A stretch of DNA of 64,000 nt from Candidatus Hopanoidivorans cymbastelae (GCA_028283145.1 JAPYNY010000021.1:28340-92339); one strand, 5' to 3'; numbered from the stretch's first letter, positions 10,310 to 19,796 are shown. Made by a program: numbers and translations. Notes: generated by a model not told the origin, from the sequence alone.

Positions 10310-11940
10310 CGAGCTTCTCCAGTCGGGACTGCCTCTTCAACTGGTTCTTCTTCTGCGGCCATATCTTCCGCAACCATATCTTCCGCAGCCGTTAGCTCCT
10401 CTGATGTCTCAACTTCCTCATCCGGTTCATCTGTATTGGTTACTTTTGGATAATACGTCTTGGCCAAACCGCCGTTGCTGGCGATGTCGGCTAAAGCCGG
10501 ATCCCCTTGGGAGGCAAAATCGGCTTCGGTCTCAAACTCCCTGATGGACGACATGGCTGCCGCATCTTCATCCACATCCAAAGAGCCATCAACCGTAACG
10601 GCTGTGCGCCGCGGGTAGAACATCATCACATCCTCTTCAGGCACAGGATCGCCCAGTTGTGAGAAATCATAGCCGGCTATCTTCAATCTTCGGAATGTCT
10701 CTCCCTTGGGGCTCAGAGGCCGCCTGTAAGTCAAGACATTGTCTTCATTCAAATTGAAGATTTCAGCGGTGAGAACCTCGCCTGACTCATAACCGATGAC
10801 CTCGCGAATGGATGAAACTATACGTTTTTGGTTTTCCATTATTTGCAGGAAAATAACCAGGTGCAATGTCTCCCCCACTTGGCGCAGCACGAAGTCGGGG
10901 GTTGAGGCATCAGGCGAGCGCTGGGAATAGGTGAGGATACGGCTGATGACAGCTTGTGAAGAGTTGGCGTGGATGGTGCCCATGGATCCGTCATTGCCCT
11001 GCCCCATAGCGGTCAGCAGCTGCATGACCTCACCCCCGCGCACCTCGCCTACGATAACCCTGTCGGGAGCCATCCGCAATGCAGCCTTGGCCAAGTCATA
11101 CATGGTAATCTCCCCAGCTCCCTCAATGTTGGCCGTCCTGGTTTCCAGCTCATAGCAACGCTCATGGGAACCTGTCTTGGTGAGATGCAACTCCAAGGTG
11201 TCTTCAATGGTAACCAAAACTTCTTGTTTGGGAATGGTGCTGATGAGCCCTCTCATGAAGGTGGTCTTGCCAGTGTTGGTGCCACCTGCAATCAGCATGT
11301 TTATAGGGGCTGGCGGAACTACGCAGCATTCCAAGAAACCAGCCACTTCAGGGGTAATGCTTCCCATCGAAATCAGATATTCAAAATCAACTTTGTGCGT
11401 GGCGTGGCGCCTGATAGACAGGTGTGGCCTGGCGGAAACTTCCATAATGGCCAACATTCTGTGACCTGAAGGCAAGCGGAGGTCCAAAATGGGGGATGAC
11501 TGGTCAAAACGCCTGGAAGTTCGGCTGCCTACGCTGGCCAAGTGGCGGACAAGTTCAATTAAGGTCTCATCTGACTCTGTGATGGGACCGATTTCCTCTT
11601 TTCGACCATCGTTATATGTCAGAACTGCCCTGTGAGAGCCAAAAACGTGGATATTTTCAACGTCAGTAAGAGACAGCAGACCCTCCAGTGCCCCCGCCCC
11701 CAGCAGTTCCTTGAGCCGAAACCTGATTTGCTCCTTATCAGCTTCGCTAAGAGGTGGCTTGCCCGACAGCAAGAATTCCTTGTCTCTAACCGCCAGCCAG
11801 TCGTCGGTAAAGCTGTGTGAAAAGTCAAAAACATCTTCTTTGCTGGAACCGTGCTGTTCCATTGTGGTTATCTCAGGGATAACCGCATCCCGAAGCTCCT
11901 CAAAGAGGGCTTGAACTCTAGTCGGGTTAAAGCTGCTCAT
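10306..11940 (-). CDS. cpaF: CpaF/TadA family secretion ATPase with a long acidic C-terminal tail
   Basis: Walker A GGTNTGKTTF, the VIVGEVRGGE and GHxGSxxTIHAN-type (GNDGSMGTIHANS) boxes of VirB11/CpaF ATPases, and a ~90-aa D/E-rich C-terminal extension. Confidence 0.85.
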   Translation of the reverse strand: MSSFNPTRVQALFEELRDAVIPEITTMEQHGSSKEDVFDFSHSFTDDWLAVRDKEFLLSGKPPLSEADKEQIRFRLKELLGAGALEGLLSLTDVENIHVFGSHRAVLTYNDGRKEEIGPITESDETLIELVRHLASVGSRTSRRFDQSSPILDLRLPSGHRMLAIMEVSARPHLSIRRHATHKVDFEYLISMGSITPEVAGFLECCVVPPAPINMLIAGGTNTGKTTFMRGLISTIPKQEVLVTIEDTLELHLTKTGSHERCYELETRTANIEGAGEITMYDLAKAALRMAPDRVIVGEVRGGEVMQLLTAMGQGNDGSMGTIHANSSQAVISRILTYSQRSPDASTPDFVLRQVGETLHLVIFLQIMENQKRIVSSIREVIGYESGEVLTAEIFNLNEDNVLTYRRPLSPKGETFRRLKIAGYDFSQLGDPVPEEDVMMFYPRRTAVTVDGSLDVDEDAAAMSSIREFETEADFASQGDPALADIASNGGLAKTYYPKVTNTDEPDEEVETSEELTAAEDMVAEDMAAEEEPVEEAVPTGEAR

Positions 11941-12125
11941 CTAAGAATTATCCTATAGCGATGTTGCCGTGACGCAGTGCTTGTTGGAGCATTGGGCTTG
12001 TTAAGGCATTTCAACTTGTTGGGCATTTTAGGCAGGCTCAAGGTATTGGCAATGTGTTGACTCAGTTATCTGCGTTTGCCACACTCGCCCAATGGCTCCG
12101 CCAACTCAGCCTGGATAGCCACTAA

Positions 12126-13058
12126 TCAACCACCCTTTTGCCGACTAAATCGCCTACTGGGCTTCACATCTGGTTGTTCAGTCTTATGCACTTCACTAGC
12201 CGCAGCTATGGACTCCGGGTCTTCAAAGGCCAAGGCAAACGGGTCGTCAACATAAATTTCCTCAGTTGTTATCTTCTGTGAGAGGCTCGGATAGGCAAAC
12301 TGCCAGATGGCGTCTGAGGCTTTCCTGGATGCATGCAGGAATCGCTTGGATGCTCGGTTGACACCAAGCAGCGTATCTCCGAAATCGTAAGCTCTCAGCG
12401 GGTCGTAGGGAAAGCTGGCAATCACTGGCAGGCCAATTTGTTCTTCAAACTCTTCATCGGAGAAATACTTGGGGCCTATGGTTATCAGTCCAAAGGAGTT
12501 GGACAGCAGGGCTTCAAGTTTATCTCGTGAGGCAATCAGGGAATCGGAATGCGACAGCGATTCGGCATCTATGCCCAGCATTTGACGATAAAACAACATT
12601 GACGACAGAGCTGGTGGATGAGCGCTCTGCATTACAAACAAAACCGCGCTGGCGTGGGGTATCAGTTTGACCACAGGGGTTCCAAAATAAGCTCTCCCAG
12701 CATCAACAATTAGCGGAATCTGGGTCGAGACTTGAGCCAGCTCCAAACCTCTTTCAGCCAGCCTTTCCACCGCTATGGAAGAGCCTGAAGCCGATGTGGG
12801 CAACGGCAAGACATGGAGTTTTTCCACCAGCACATTTTGCGAACAGGTCAGCAGAGTGTCGGCGTCAATGGTGTTGTTGATGATCAACGAAGCCACGCCG
12901 GGGTCTTGGAAAAGCCTCAAGTGGGCAGCTAAAGTGCCTCCGGTCGGGTCGGCATCGACCAAGCCCACCGACCTGCTGCCGGCCGTCCACAGAGCCGCCG
13001 TGAAGATGCAACTCGTAGTAGCTCCGGGGGAGCCGTGCGTGCCGAAGACCAACAGCAT
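12126..13058 (-). CDS. ParA/MinD-like CpaE/TadZ-type protein with a degenerate P-loop
   Basis: N-terminus LLVFGTHGSPGATTSCIFTAAL...VGLVDADPTGG resembles a deviant Walker A without the Lys. Its position immediately upstream of cpaF matches tadZ/cpaE. Confidence 0.4.
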   Translation of the reverse strand: MLLVFGTHGSPGATTSCIFTAALWTAGSRSVGLVDADPTGGTLAAHLRLFQDPGVASLIINNTIDADTLLTCSQNVLVEKLHVLPLPTSASGSSIAVERLAERGLELAQVSTQIPLIVDAGRAYFGTPVVKLIPHASAVLFVMQSAHPPALSSMLFYRQMLGIDAESLSHSDSLIASRDKLEALLSNSFGLITIGPKYFSDEEFEEQIGLPVIASFPYDPLRAYDFGDTLLGVNRASKRFLHASRKASDAIWQFAYPSLSQKITTEEIYVDDPFALAFEDPESIAAASEVHKTEQPDVKPSRRFSRQKGG

Positions 13059-13146
13059 GCTATAACTCTAAGGCTTTAATTTCTGGCAGCGACAGATTGG
13101 CAGGGTTGTCATAGCTGCTTGACGAGAGAGTGCTGAAGCCGAAGGT

Positions 13147-14610
13147 TCACGATCCTGGTCCAGGAGGTCCCGGGGGCGGCCCAATATCAAAACCAGGTAT
13201 ACCGCCTCCACCACCACCGCCGCCGCCTGAGCCTGTACTGCCTTCGTCTTCGGTGGCCAGCAGGTCTGTCAAATCATCTGGCGGAGCATTGCTGGAATAG
13301 CGATTTTCTTCCAGGTTCTCAGAGATAGACCCTGCCTCTTCTTCTGGTTCGTCGGTGCCAGGCACCCCGAAGAAGGGATCGCCACCATCGCCTCCAGTGG
13401 GTCGGTTCGCCAGAGCATCATCCAGCCACTCTGGCGGGCATTCCAACTCAGCCAGCAGAGCTCTGAACTCCTCCGTGGAAAGCGCCTCAATTTGATAGAC
13501 GAAACGGTAGCGCTCCCGCCAGCAAAGCGGATGGTTGACAGTGTCGACTTCTTCAAATGCAAAACTGACTCCATCCAACTCGCTGTACTGCGCTACCAAA
13601 TTCTCCCACCAAGCGCGCCGCTCTAAGGAAACTTGGATTATGATGCCTTGCTCGCCCACTTCAAACACATCCACCATCTCAACGGCAAAAAACTTGTCCG
13701 TTGCCTCGCCAGGCACGGCTAGCACTACGACTCGGTCGCCAGCTTCAATCTCTGTGTTGCCGATTATCTCACCACTCAGGTTGAATTCTTTGAGGTTGGC
13801 TCCTCCTTCAATTTCAGGCAATCCTCCCAAGGCGCCTAAAGTCAGGGGCACTTCGGCGGGCACAGGGAGAATCACCCGTCTACCGATAATGTCTTCCGAC
13901 TGCGAAGCTGGCACATGATTGATGCCTTCCACCTCTAGTTCAACCACCTTCAGCGCATCAAGTGCCAGAAATTCGTTGACTTCAAGAGCTCGGGTGGTTA
14001 CAAAAACTTCCACAGTGGTCGGCTCTTCTTCGTTGGCCGAGGACAACACAATCCAAAACCCGACTACCGCCACAATCACCAGTGCCATGCCAAATACAGC
14101 CCAGATCAGGCGCGAGGTGGTCTGCTGGCTGCGTGAGCGAATAGGACGAATGGAACGCTGAACACCCTTGCCCTCCTTAGCGGCTCTGCGGCGCAAGGAA
14201 ACGGTTTGCCCCAGCCGAGATTTCTTGGACTGTTCCACAACTTCCGCCTTGACCACAGCCGGCGAGGCTGCCTGCGCAGTCGCCGGTTGGGGCGAAGACG
14301 TGGCAGGCACACCTGAGGCAGACGATTGCGCCGAGGCTGCAGCGGGCGGGGGAGGCATTGCCGGGGCAACTGCTTCGGGTTGTTGGTCGTCCTTTGCTTT
14401 GCGACGAAAGGAGACTTCTTGCTTCAAGACAGATTCCTCAGAATCTGCCTGCTTGGCCGCAGCCTTCTGAGCCGCTTTCTGAGCCGCAGCTGCTTGCTTG
14501 GCCGCAGCCTTCTCAGTTGCCTTTTGGGCCGCGGCTTCCTGCTTGGCTGCCTTAGCGGCTGCCTTAGCTTCTTGCTTGTCTTGTTGTTCTGATGGATCCT
14601 TGGGATTCAT
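13147..14610 (-). CDS. CpaB/RcpC-like SAF-domain pilus assembly protein with low-complexity termini
   Basis: 487 aa. It has a K/A/Q-rich N-terminal ~60 aa, one TM helix (LIWAVFGMALVIVAVVGFWIV), then a SAF-like segment (VFVTTRALEVNEFLALDALKVV...IIGRRVILPVPAEVPL). The C-terminus has a 9-Gly run and PPPGPPGPGS. It is the first gene of the tad run. Confidence 0.4.
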   Translation of the reverse strand: MNPKDPSEQQDKQEAKAAAKAAKQEAAAQKATEKAAAKQAAAAQKAAQKAAAKQADSEESVLKQEVSFRRKAKDDQQPEAVAPAMPPPPAAASAQSSASGVPATSSPQPATAQAASPAVVKAEVVEQSKKSRLGQTVSLRRRAAKEGKGVQRSIRPIRSRSQQTTSRLIWAVFGMALVIVAVVGFWIVLSSANEEEPTTVEVFVTTRALEVNEFLALDALKVVELEVEGINHVPASQSEDIIGRRVILPVPAEVPLTLGALGGLPEIEGGANLKEFNLSGEIIGNTEIEAGDRVVVLAVPGEATDKFFAVEMVDVFEVGEQGIIIQVSLERRAWWENLVAQYSELDGVSFAFEEVDTVNHPLCWRERYRFVYQIEALSTEEFRALLAELECPPEWLDDALANRPTGGDGGDPFFGVPGTDEPEEEAGSISENLEENRYSSNAPPDDLTDLLATEDEGSTGSGGGGGGGGGIPGFDIGPPPGPPGPGS

Positions 14611-14664
14611 TGCTCTCCACGCAGGGATTTTGAAACAGAGCCATTCCTGAAGCAGGAAAAACCT

Positions 14665-14805
14665 GTACTAAGACATCGTTTCAAAAGAATTACCTTTATT
14701 AGTTTAATACGCCTGAAATTGTTTAATGGACATTTGCCAATTGTTTTATATTACTTTATAGATATTATTTCACAACAACAATTAAAGTGTTTTTGGCTTT
14801 TGGCG
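14665..14805 (-). promoter_or_regulatory. AT-rich tract upstream of the tad gene run (probable promoter region)
   Basis: About 140 nt that are markedly AT-rich (for example ttacctttattagtttaatac...ttgttttatattactttatagatattatttcac) lie between ino1 and the cpaB-like start. No confident -35/-10 assignment. Confidence 0.3.
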
Positions 14806-14828
14806 CTTTTACAAACCCGCATGAAGCC

Positions 14829-14864
14829 GCCACCCGCTACAGCCATGCCACCCGCTACAGCCAT
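14829..14864. repeat. perfect 18-bp tandem duplication (GCCACCCGCTACAGCCAT x2)
   Basis: Read directly: 14829-14846 and 14847-14864 are identical. The repeat is intergenic, between the ino1 stop and the tad promoter region. Confidence 0.9.
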
Positions 14865-14966
14865 TGGCCTTAGCCACACAATAACACCTGGCTGACAACT
14901 GGCTGCCTTTTGCGCGTGGCCCTGCCCTACGCCTGGCTTCTGGTCTGGTCTTGCGCCTAGCCCTGT

Positions 14967-16067
14967 CTAGCGGTCTTGCCAGCGGGCGAATTCTTCAACC
15001 GCGTCTCGGGCATCTTCGTCCAGCATCTGCCTGGGAGGCGACTTCATGAAATAAGCCGAGGCTTCATACAATGGGCCGCCAATCTTTCGGTCTAAACCAA
15101 TTTTGGCGCACCTGATGGCATCAATTACGACGCCTGCCGAATTCGGGCTGTCCCAAACCTCCAGCTTCAACTCCAAATTCAACGGCACATCCCCGAAGGT
15201 GGTTCCCTCCATACGAATATGGCACCATTTGCGGTCGCCCAGCCATGGCACATGGTCGGACGGGCCGACATGCACATCTGAACTGGACAAGTCTTGAGAC
15301 AACTGGCTGGTAACTGCCTGAGTTTTGGAGATCTTCTTGGACTCCAAACGAGAACGCTCCAGCATATTCAAAAAGTCGGTATTGCCGCCAAAGTTCAGCT
15401 GATAGGTGCGGTCCACTCTGACCCCCCTGTCGGCGAAGAGCCTAACCAAGTTGCGGTGCACAATGGTGGCGCCCACCTGCGATTTGATGTCGTCGCCCAC
15501 AATAGGCACTGCTTTGTCCTTAAAACGTTGAGCCCATTGTTTGTCCCCGGCAATGAAAACCGGCACGCAGTTGACAAAAGCGCAACCAGCTTCCAGAGCT
15601 TGGCTGGCATACCAACGTGTGGCCTCTTCTGAGCCGACTGGCAAATAGGAGACCACTACATCCGTTTCGGTCTGTTTCAAAACAGCTGCTACATCGCACT
15701 CAGGCTCGCCCGACTCCTCAATGACCCCGCTCAGATAAGACCCTAGACCATCCAAAGTGGGCCCCCGATTGACTTGCGTGCCGGCCAGAGAGACTTCGCT
15801 GAATTGGTAGGTGTTGTTCTGACCTGCAAAAACTGCTTTAGCTATATCCACGCCCACTTTGTCGGCATCCACATCAAAGGCTGCTACGAAGTTGACATCT
15901 CCTATGTGGTATCCCCCCAGTACGGGATGCATGATGCCGGGCACCTCGGCGTCGTGCGGGATGCTGTGGTAATATTCCACACCTTGGACCAGCGAAGAAG
16001 CACAATTGCCAACTCCTACGATGGCAACGTTGATGGATTGGTCGGTTGAATTCACATTTGAAGTCAT
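14967..16067 (-). CDS. ino1: myo-inositol-1-phosphate synthase
   Basis: [23 protein letters not shown]-binding N-terminus and overall Ino1 pattern. I prefer the ATG at 16067 (MTSNVNS...), which is preceded by gaaagg, over the longest-ORF start at 16124. Confidence 0.85.
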   Translation of the reverse strand: MTSNVNSTDQSINVAIVGVGNCASSLVQGVEYYHSIPHDAEVPGIMHPVLGGYHIGDVNFVAAFDVDADKVGVDIAKAVFAGQNNTYQFSEVSLAGTQVNRGPTLDGLGSYLSGVIEESGEPECDVAAVLKQTETDVVVSYLPVGSEEATRWYASQALEAGCAFVNCVPVFIAGDKQWAQRFKDKAVPIVGDDIKSQVGATIVHRNLVRLFADRGVRVDRTYQLNFGGNTDFLNMLERSRLESKKISKTQAVTSQLSQDLSSSDVHVGPSDHVPWLGDRKWCHIRMEGTTFGDVPLNLELKLEVWDSPNSAGVVIDAIRCAKIGLDRKIGGPLYEASAYFMKSPPRQMLDEDARDAVEEFARWQDR

Positions 16068-16193
16068 TTCTGTCTGCCTTTCTTCAATCAAAATGCGCTC
16101 GCAGGTCTGCCTAAACGCAAACACTCAAGTTCCTGTCTTTCCATTATCTCAAAATTGATTAGTAATTACAAACAAAATCTTTTTCTAGTATTG

Positions 16194-16208
16194 ATAAGAA
16201 TTACTTAT
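16194..16208. promoter_or_regulatory. candidate LysR-type T-N11-A dyad (ATAAG-N5-CTTAT)
   Basis: ATAAGAATTACTTAT was read directly. It has inverted 5-nt arms and lies 18 nt upstream of the LysR start in the ino1/lysR divergent region. A second palindrome, GTAATTAC, lies at 16162-16169. Confidence 0.3.
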
Positions 16209-16225
16209 ATATTAGACTGGATGCC

Positions 16226-17137
16226 ATGGACGAGAGCAGCCCTGACAGCGACCTCGGCATTGACACTGAAGCTTACACAGCCGGGACGGAGCCTCCAGTC
16301 GGAGTGGAATTCCGAACTCGGACGCTGGCCTACCTCAAAGCCATCCAACAATATAAAACCTTCTCTCAAGCCTCAGAAGCACTCCATATTTCACAACCAG
16401 CTATCTCCCAGGCCATCGCCTCATTTGAAGAGCAACTGGGTGTGAAACTGCTGGAAACTCGGGGCAGGCGCAAGGTACTGACCCCAGCCGGGGTGTATGT
16501 GGCTGAGTTCTCAAACGAAGTTCTGAGCAAAGCCCATGAGTTGAGACGCTGGCTGGACTCCTACACCAAAGGCTCTGCCGGTGTATTTCGGGTGGGCATG
16601 ATTGACGCGGCCGTGCTCTACCTGCTGCCGTCGGCGTTGGAGGAATACCGCCTGGCCCGGCCTCAAGTGGAACTGCAAATTTTTGTGGCGGAGAGCAATG
16701 CCCTGCTTCAACGTCTGAGAGATTTTGAAATTGACCTTGCCTTTATGATTGAGCCAGTTCCCGAGGAGATGACCAGTGCTGAAATCGCCACCGAACCCCT
16801 GCACTTGTTTTCGCCTCAGGACAAAAACATTCAAGCCTGGGCTATGCCTCCAGCAACTTCCAGAACTCGTGCCCTGATAGACCGGGGGCTGGCTCAGCTT
16901 GGAATCAGCCCGCACGTAACTCTGGAATCGCGCAACCCAATAGTGCTGCGTCAAATGGCCGCTTTGGGCATAGCCCACACGGTGCTGCCGCTTGCCTTGG
17001 CTGACGAACTCCCTCAGTTGGAGACGCTGCGCCACAAGTTTGTCTGTCAGCGGACTCTGCTGGCAGTTCAGCGGCCTTCAAACAGCCAAGACATGCGAGC
17101 TGCGGAATTCATCGAATTGGCGCGCCAAGCTGTTTAG
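16226..17137 (+). CDS. LysR-family transcriptional regulator
   Basis: HTH segment TFSQASEALHISQPAISQAIASFEEQLGVKLLETRGRR followed by a LysR substrate-binding domain of typical length. Divergent from ino1. Confidence 0.8.
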   Translation: MDESSPDSDLGIDTEAYTAGTEPPVGVEFRTRTLAYLKAIQQYKTFSQASEALHISQPAISQAIASFEEQLGVKLLETRGRRKVLTPAGVYVAEFSNEVLSKAHELRRWLDSYTKGSAGVFRVGMIDAAVLYLLPSALEEYRLARPQVELQIFVAESNALLQRLRDFEIDLAFMIEPVPEEMTSAEIATEPLHLFSPQDKNIQAWAMPPATSRTRALIDRGLAQLGISPHVTLESRNPIVLRQMAALGIAHTVLPLALADELPQLETLRHKFVCQRTLLAVQRPSNSQDMRAAEFIELARQAV

Positions 17138-17898
17138 CCGAACAAACCTGCGCGGGCCACTAGCTCCATTGCAAAGGCCGTCATTATGGCCAGGTACGAC
17201 AAACCTGTAGCTGCCATCACAGCCGAATAGCGCGGTTCTTTCAGCGCCAGCCGGGTGGTAACCAGCAAACCCGCCGTAGCTAAGACGCACACAAGCCAAA
17301 ACCAGCCCAACAGAGCGTTCCCTGAAGTTTCCTGGGCTCCTACCATCACCGAAATCATGCCTGTCGGCACCAACCAGACCATGGCATCAGCCAAGCAAAG
17401 GCCTCCAGCCCAGAAAGTCAACTCCAGCAGGGGCTGTCTCGACATCCCTGGCTGCACCAAATACCAATGCCCCAGCAGCATCGTGCTGGTAACTGCACCC
17501 AGAAAAAGCGCCCCCACGATGATGCGCAAAATGAACAGAGCTGAGGAGGTCTCCAGTTCTGTGCCGGCGTCAAGTCCTGCAGCCACCAGCCCCACCAGCC
17601 CTACTGCTATGGCTGCGGCATTTAGCCGCTGGGCGACGGTGGCGGTGCCCAAGGGCTGGGAGACTCGGCTCTTTGACGCAACCTTCGGCAATGAAGACAG
17701 CAGCGCCAACCCGATTAGCCCCACTACCGCAAAGCCCGCCGTGTCTCGCACTAGCACCCCGTCGCTAACCACTCCCAAGGAAGCTGCCAAAGCTGCCAAG
17801 CTCCCCCAGACTGCATAGCCCAGCCAACGGTAACCGACACTGACAAAGCTGTAGCGTCCCGTCAGCCAGACAAACCACAAACCTCCCACAGCCCACAT
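17134..17898 (-). CDS. polytopic integral membrane protein of unknown function
   Basis: 254 aa with about 7-8 hydrophobic helices and no motif I recognise. It occupies the slot downstream of lipA that holds a conserved membrane protein in many actinobacteria. Confidence 0.4.
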   Translation of the reverse strand: MWAVGGLWFVWLTGRYSFVSVGYRWLGYAVWGSLAALAASLGVVSDGVLVRDTAGFAVVGLIGLALLSSLPKVASKSRVSQPLGTATVAQRLNAAAIAVGLVGLVAAGLDAGTELETSSALFILRIIVGALFLGAVTSTMLLGHWYLVQPGMSRQPLLELTFWAGGLCLADAMVWLVPTGMISVMVGAQETSGNALLGWFWLVCVLATAGLLVTTRLALKEPRYSAVMAATGLSYLAIMTAFAMELVARAGLFG

Positions 17899-18020
17899 CA
17901 GCAGAACTGTGGAAACATCAAAGGCTATGGAACTGCTCTTTCTGGGAGATTTGAGGTGTGCTTAAAGCTTGGCTATCAGTTAGCCGCTGGAAGTTGGTTA
18001 GCTGGCTGGGGCTGGTTCGC

Positions 18021-19796
18021 CTACAGGGCCGGTGCGCGGCTAGAAGTCAGCACATTGCTGGCGGCGTGAGCAGCCTGGTAGCTGGAGCGCACTAGTGGGC
18101 CGGCTTCTACATGTCCAATCCCCAATGCCTGGCCCTGCCTAGCCAACTCCTCAAATTCTTGTGGATGCCACCATTTGGCAAGTGGCAGGTGGTTGGCGGT
18201 GGGGCGCAGGTATTGGCCTACGGTCAAGATGTCTGTTCTGATCGCTGCCAAGTCTGCCATTGCAGCTGCCAACTCTGCTTCGGTTTCCCCCAAGCCCACC
18301 ATGAGCGATGTCTTGGTTGTCAAGCCAGACTCTTTGGCTAAAGCCAGCACTGCCAAACTGCGGGCATAGCTTGCTTGGGGGCGCACCGCGCGCTGCAGGC
18401 GCAGCACGGTTTCCAAGTTGTGATTCAAGACCACAGGTTGCTCCTCAAAAACTGTTCCCAGAGCCTCGCGGTTGCCTTTGAAATCAGGGATCAGCACTTC
18501 CACAGCCGTGTTGGGACTCTGCTGCCTGATCGCCCTCATGCATTGGGCAAACTGCCGAGCCCCTCCGTCTGGCAGATCGTCTCTGGCCACAGCGGTGAGG
18601 ACAACGTAGTCAAGCTGCAGCTGCTCAACGGCATTCGCTAGATGCTGGGGTTCCTGTGGGTCAGGCAATGTGGGACGGCGAGTGTCAACCAGGCAAAATC
18701 CGCAAGAGCGCGTGCAGCGGTCACCGTTGATCATGAAGGTAGCAGTGCCAGCATTCCAGCATTCTGAGATGTTGGGACAGCCGGCTTCCTCGCAAACTGT
18801 TGTCAGGCTGAGACCTCTGAGTGTTTGTTTCAGACGCCAGTAATTGGGCCCCGCCTCAAACTTGGCTCTCATCCAAGGAGGTTTTCGCTCTTTGTACGGC
18901 AGGGAAATAGTTACTCCAGCTTCGTTTAGCTTGCGCCGGTGCCTAGCAGAAGTTTCATGAGTGCCTTGGGGTTGGGTGTGGCTGTCGGGCTGGCCATCAG
19001 GTTGGACACTGTCGGCGGATCGCGCGGCCGCCGACAACGGGTGTGCATCTCGCTCGCTCGCATCGCCAGCAGGCTGGACAAATGGCATCTGTTGGCATTC
19101 CCAGCCCGCTGCTCCCCAGAGTTGGGCGGCCCTTTGGGCCACGCTGCCAACCACTTCTTCCATGCTGACTTCCAACCCAGCTTCCTGAAGGGATGTAACG
19201 GCATACTCGCTGATCCCACAGGGTACAATTTTGTGGAACCACGACAGGTCGCAATTCACATTCAACGCAAAACCATGCATGGTGCGTCCGCGCTTGAGAC
19301 GCACGCCAACAGCTGCTAGCTTGGCGGGCGAAGCAGAATCGGGGTGCAGCCAAACACCCGGGTAGCGACCTAAACGTCCAACCTCCGTCAACCCTAAATC
19401 CTCCAGAGCGTCAATCAGCAACTGCTCTACCGTGCGGACATAGGCGACCGTGTGAATCATGCCGCCACGCTGAGAAGCCAGCGACAAAATGGGATATCCG
19501 ACCAGCTGCCCAGGCCCGTGATAGGTGATGTCGCCGCCTCTTTCAACTCTGTGAATCTCAGCCCCCATTGAGTCAGGGGCAACTAGCAGATTCTCCTCGG
19601 TTGCGTTTGAACCCAAGGTGAAGACGTGGGGATGCTCCAGCAAAAGCAGGTGGTTGTCTGGGCTGTAGTCAAATAGTGCCTTTTGCAGAGCCCAAGCATC
19701 CAGATACGCTACCTTGCCCAACCAACGAATTCTCAACCGCTGCGCTGAAATATCCAGAACTGCTCTGGATTTTAAGGTGGCTAAGTCTTGACTCAA
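18021..19796 (-). CDS. lipB-lipA: fused octanoyltransferase LipB / lipoyl synthase LipA (single 591-aa ORF)
   Basis: The N-terminal ~235 aa are LipB-like (LLLLEHPHVFTLG, GGDITYHGPGQLVGYPIL, KLAAVGVRLKRGRTMHGFALNV). A ~60-aa S/P/Q-rich linker follows. The LipA part has CEEAGCPNISEC and the radical-SAM CTRSCGFC clusters. There is no stop or frameshift between the two parts. Confidence 0.85.
   Translation of the reverse strand: MSQDLATLKSRAVLDISAQRLRIRWLGKVAYLDAWALQKALFDYSPDNHLLLLEHPHVFTLGSNATEENLLVAPDSMGAEIHRVERGGDITYHGPGQLVGYPILSLASQRGGMIHTVAYVRTVEQLLIDALEDLGLTEVGRLGRYPGVWLHPDSASPAKLAAVGVRLKRGRTMHGFALNVNCDLSWFHKIVPCGISEYAVTSLQEAGLEVSMEEVVGSVAQRAAQLWGAAGWECQQMPFVQPAGDASERDAHPLSAAARSADSVQPDGQPDSHTQPQGTHETSARHRRKLNEAGVTISLPYKERKPPWMRAKFEAGPNYWRLKQTLRGLSLTTVCEEAGCPNISECWNAGTATFMINGDRCTRSCGFCLVDTRRPTLPDPQEPQHLANAVEQLQLDYVVLTAVARDDLPDGGARQFAQCMRAIRQQSPNTAVEVLIPDFKGNREALGTVFEEQPVVLNHNLETVLRLQRAVRPQASYARSLAVLALAKESGLTTKTSLMVGLGETEAELAAAMADLAAIRTDILTVGQYLRPTANHLPLAKWWHPQEFEELARQGQALGIGHVEAGPLVRSSYQAAHAASNVLTSSRAPAL

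Noticed and set aside
11941-12125. Small minus-strand ORF (MPNKLKCLNKPNAPTSTASRQHRYRIILR) between the cpaE-like gene and cpaF, considered as a Flp pilin candidate
   Set aside because: It is not hydrophobic and has no Gly/EY processing motif. It is too short and too basic to be a pilin.
16068-16124. Upstream extension of ino1 ([19 protein letters not shown]...)
   Set aside because: The extension has no counterpart in the Ino1 N-terminus. ATG 16067 is preceded by a purine-rich SD-like sequence and is followed directly by the NAD-binding fold.
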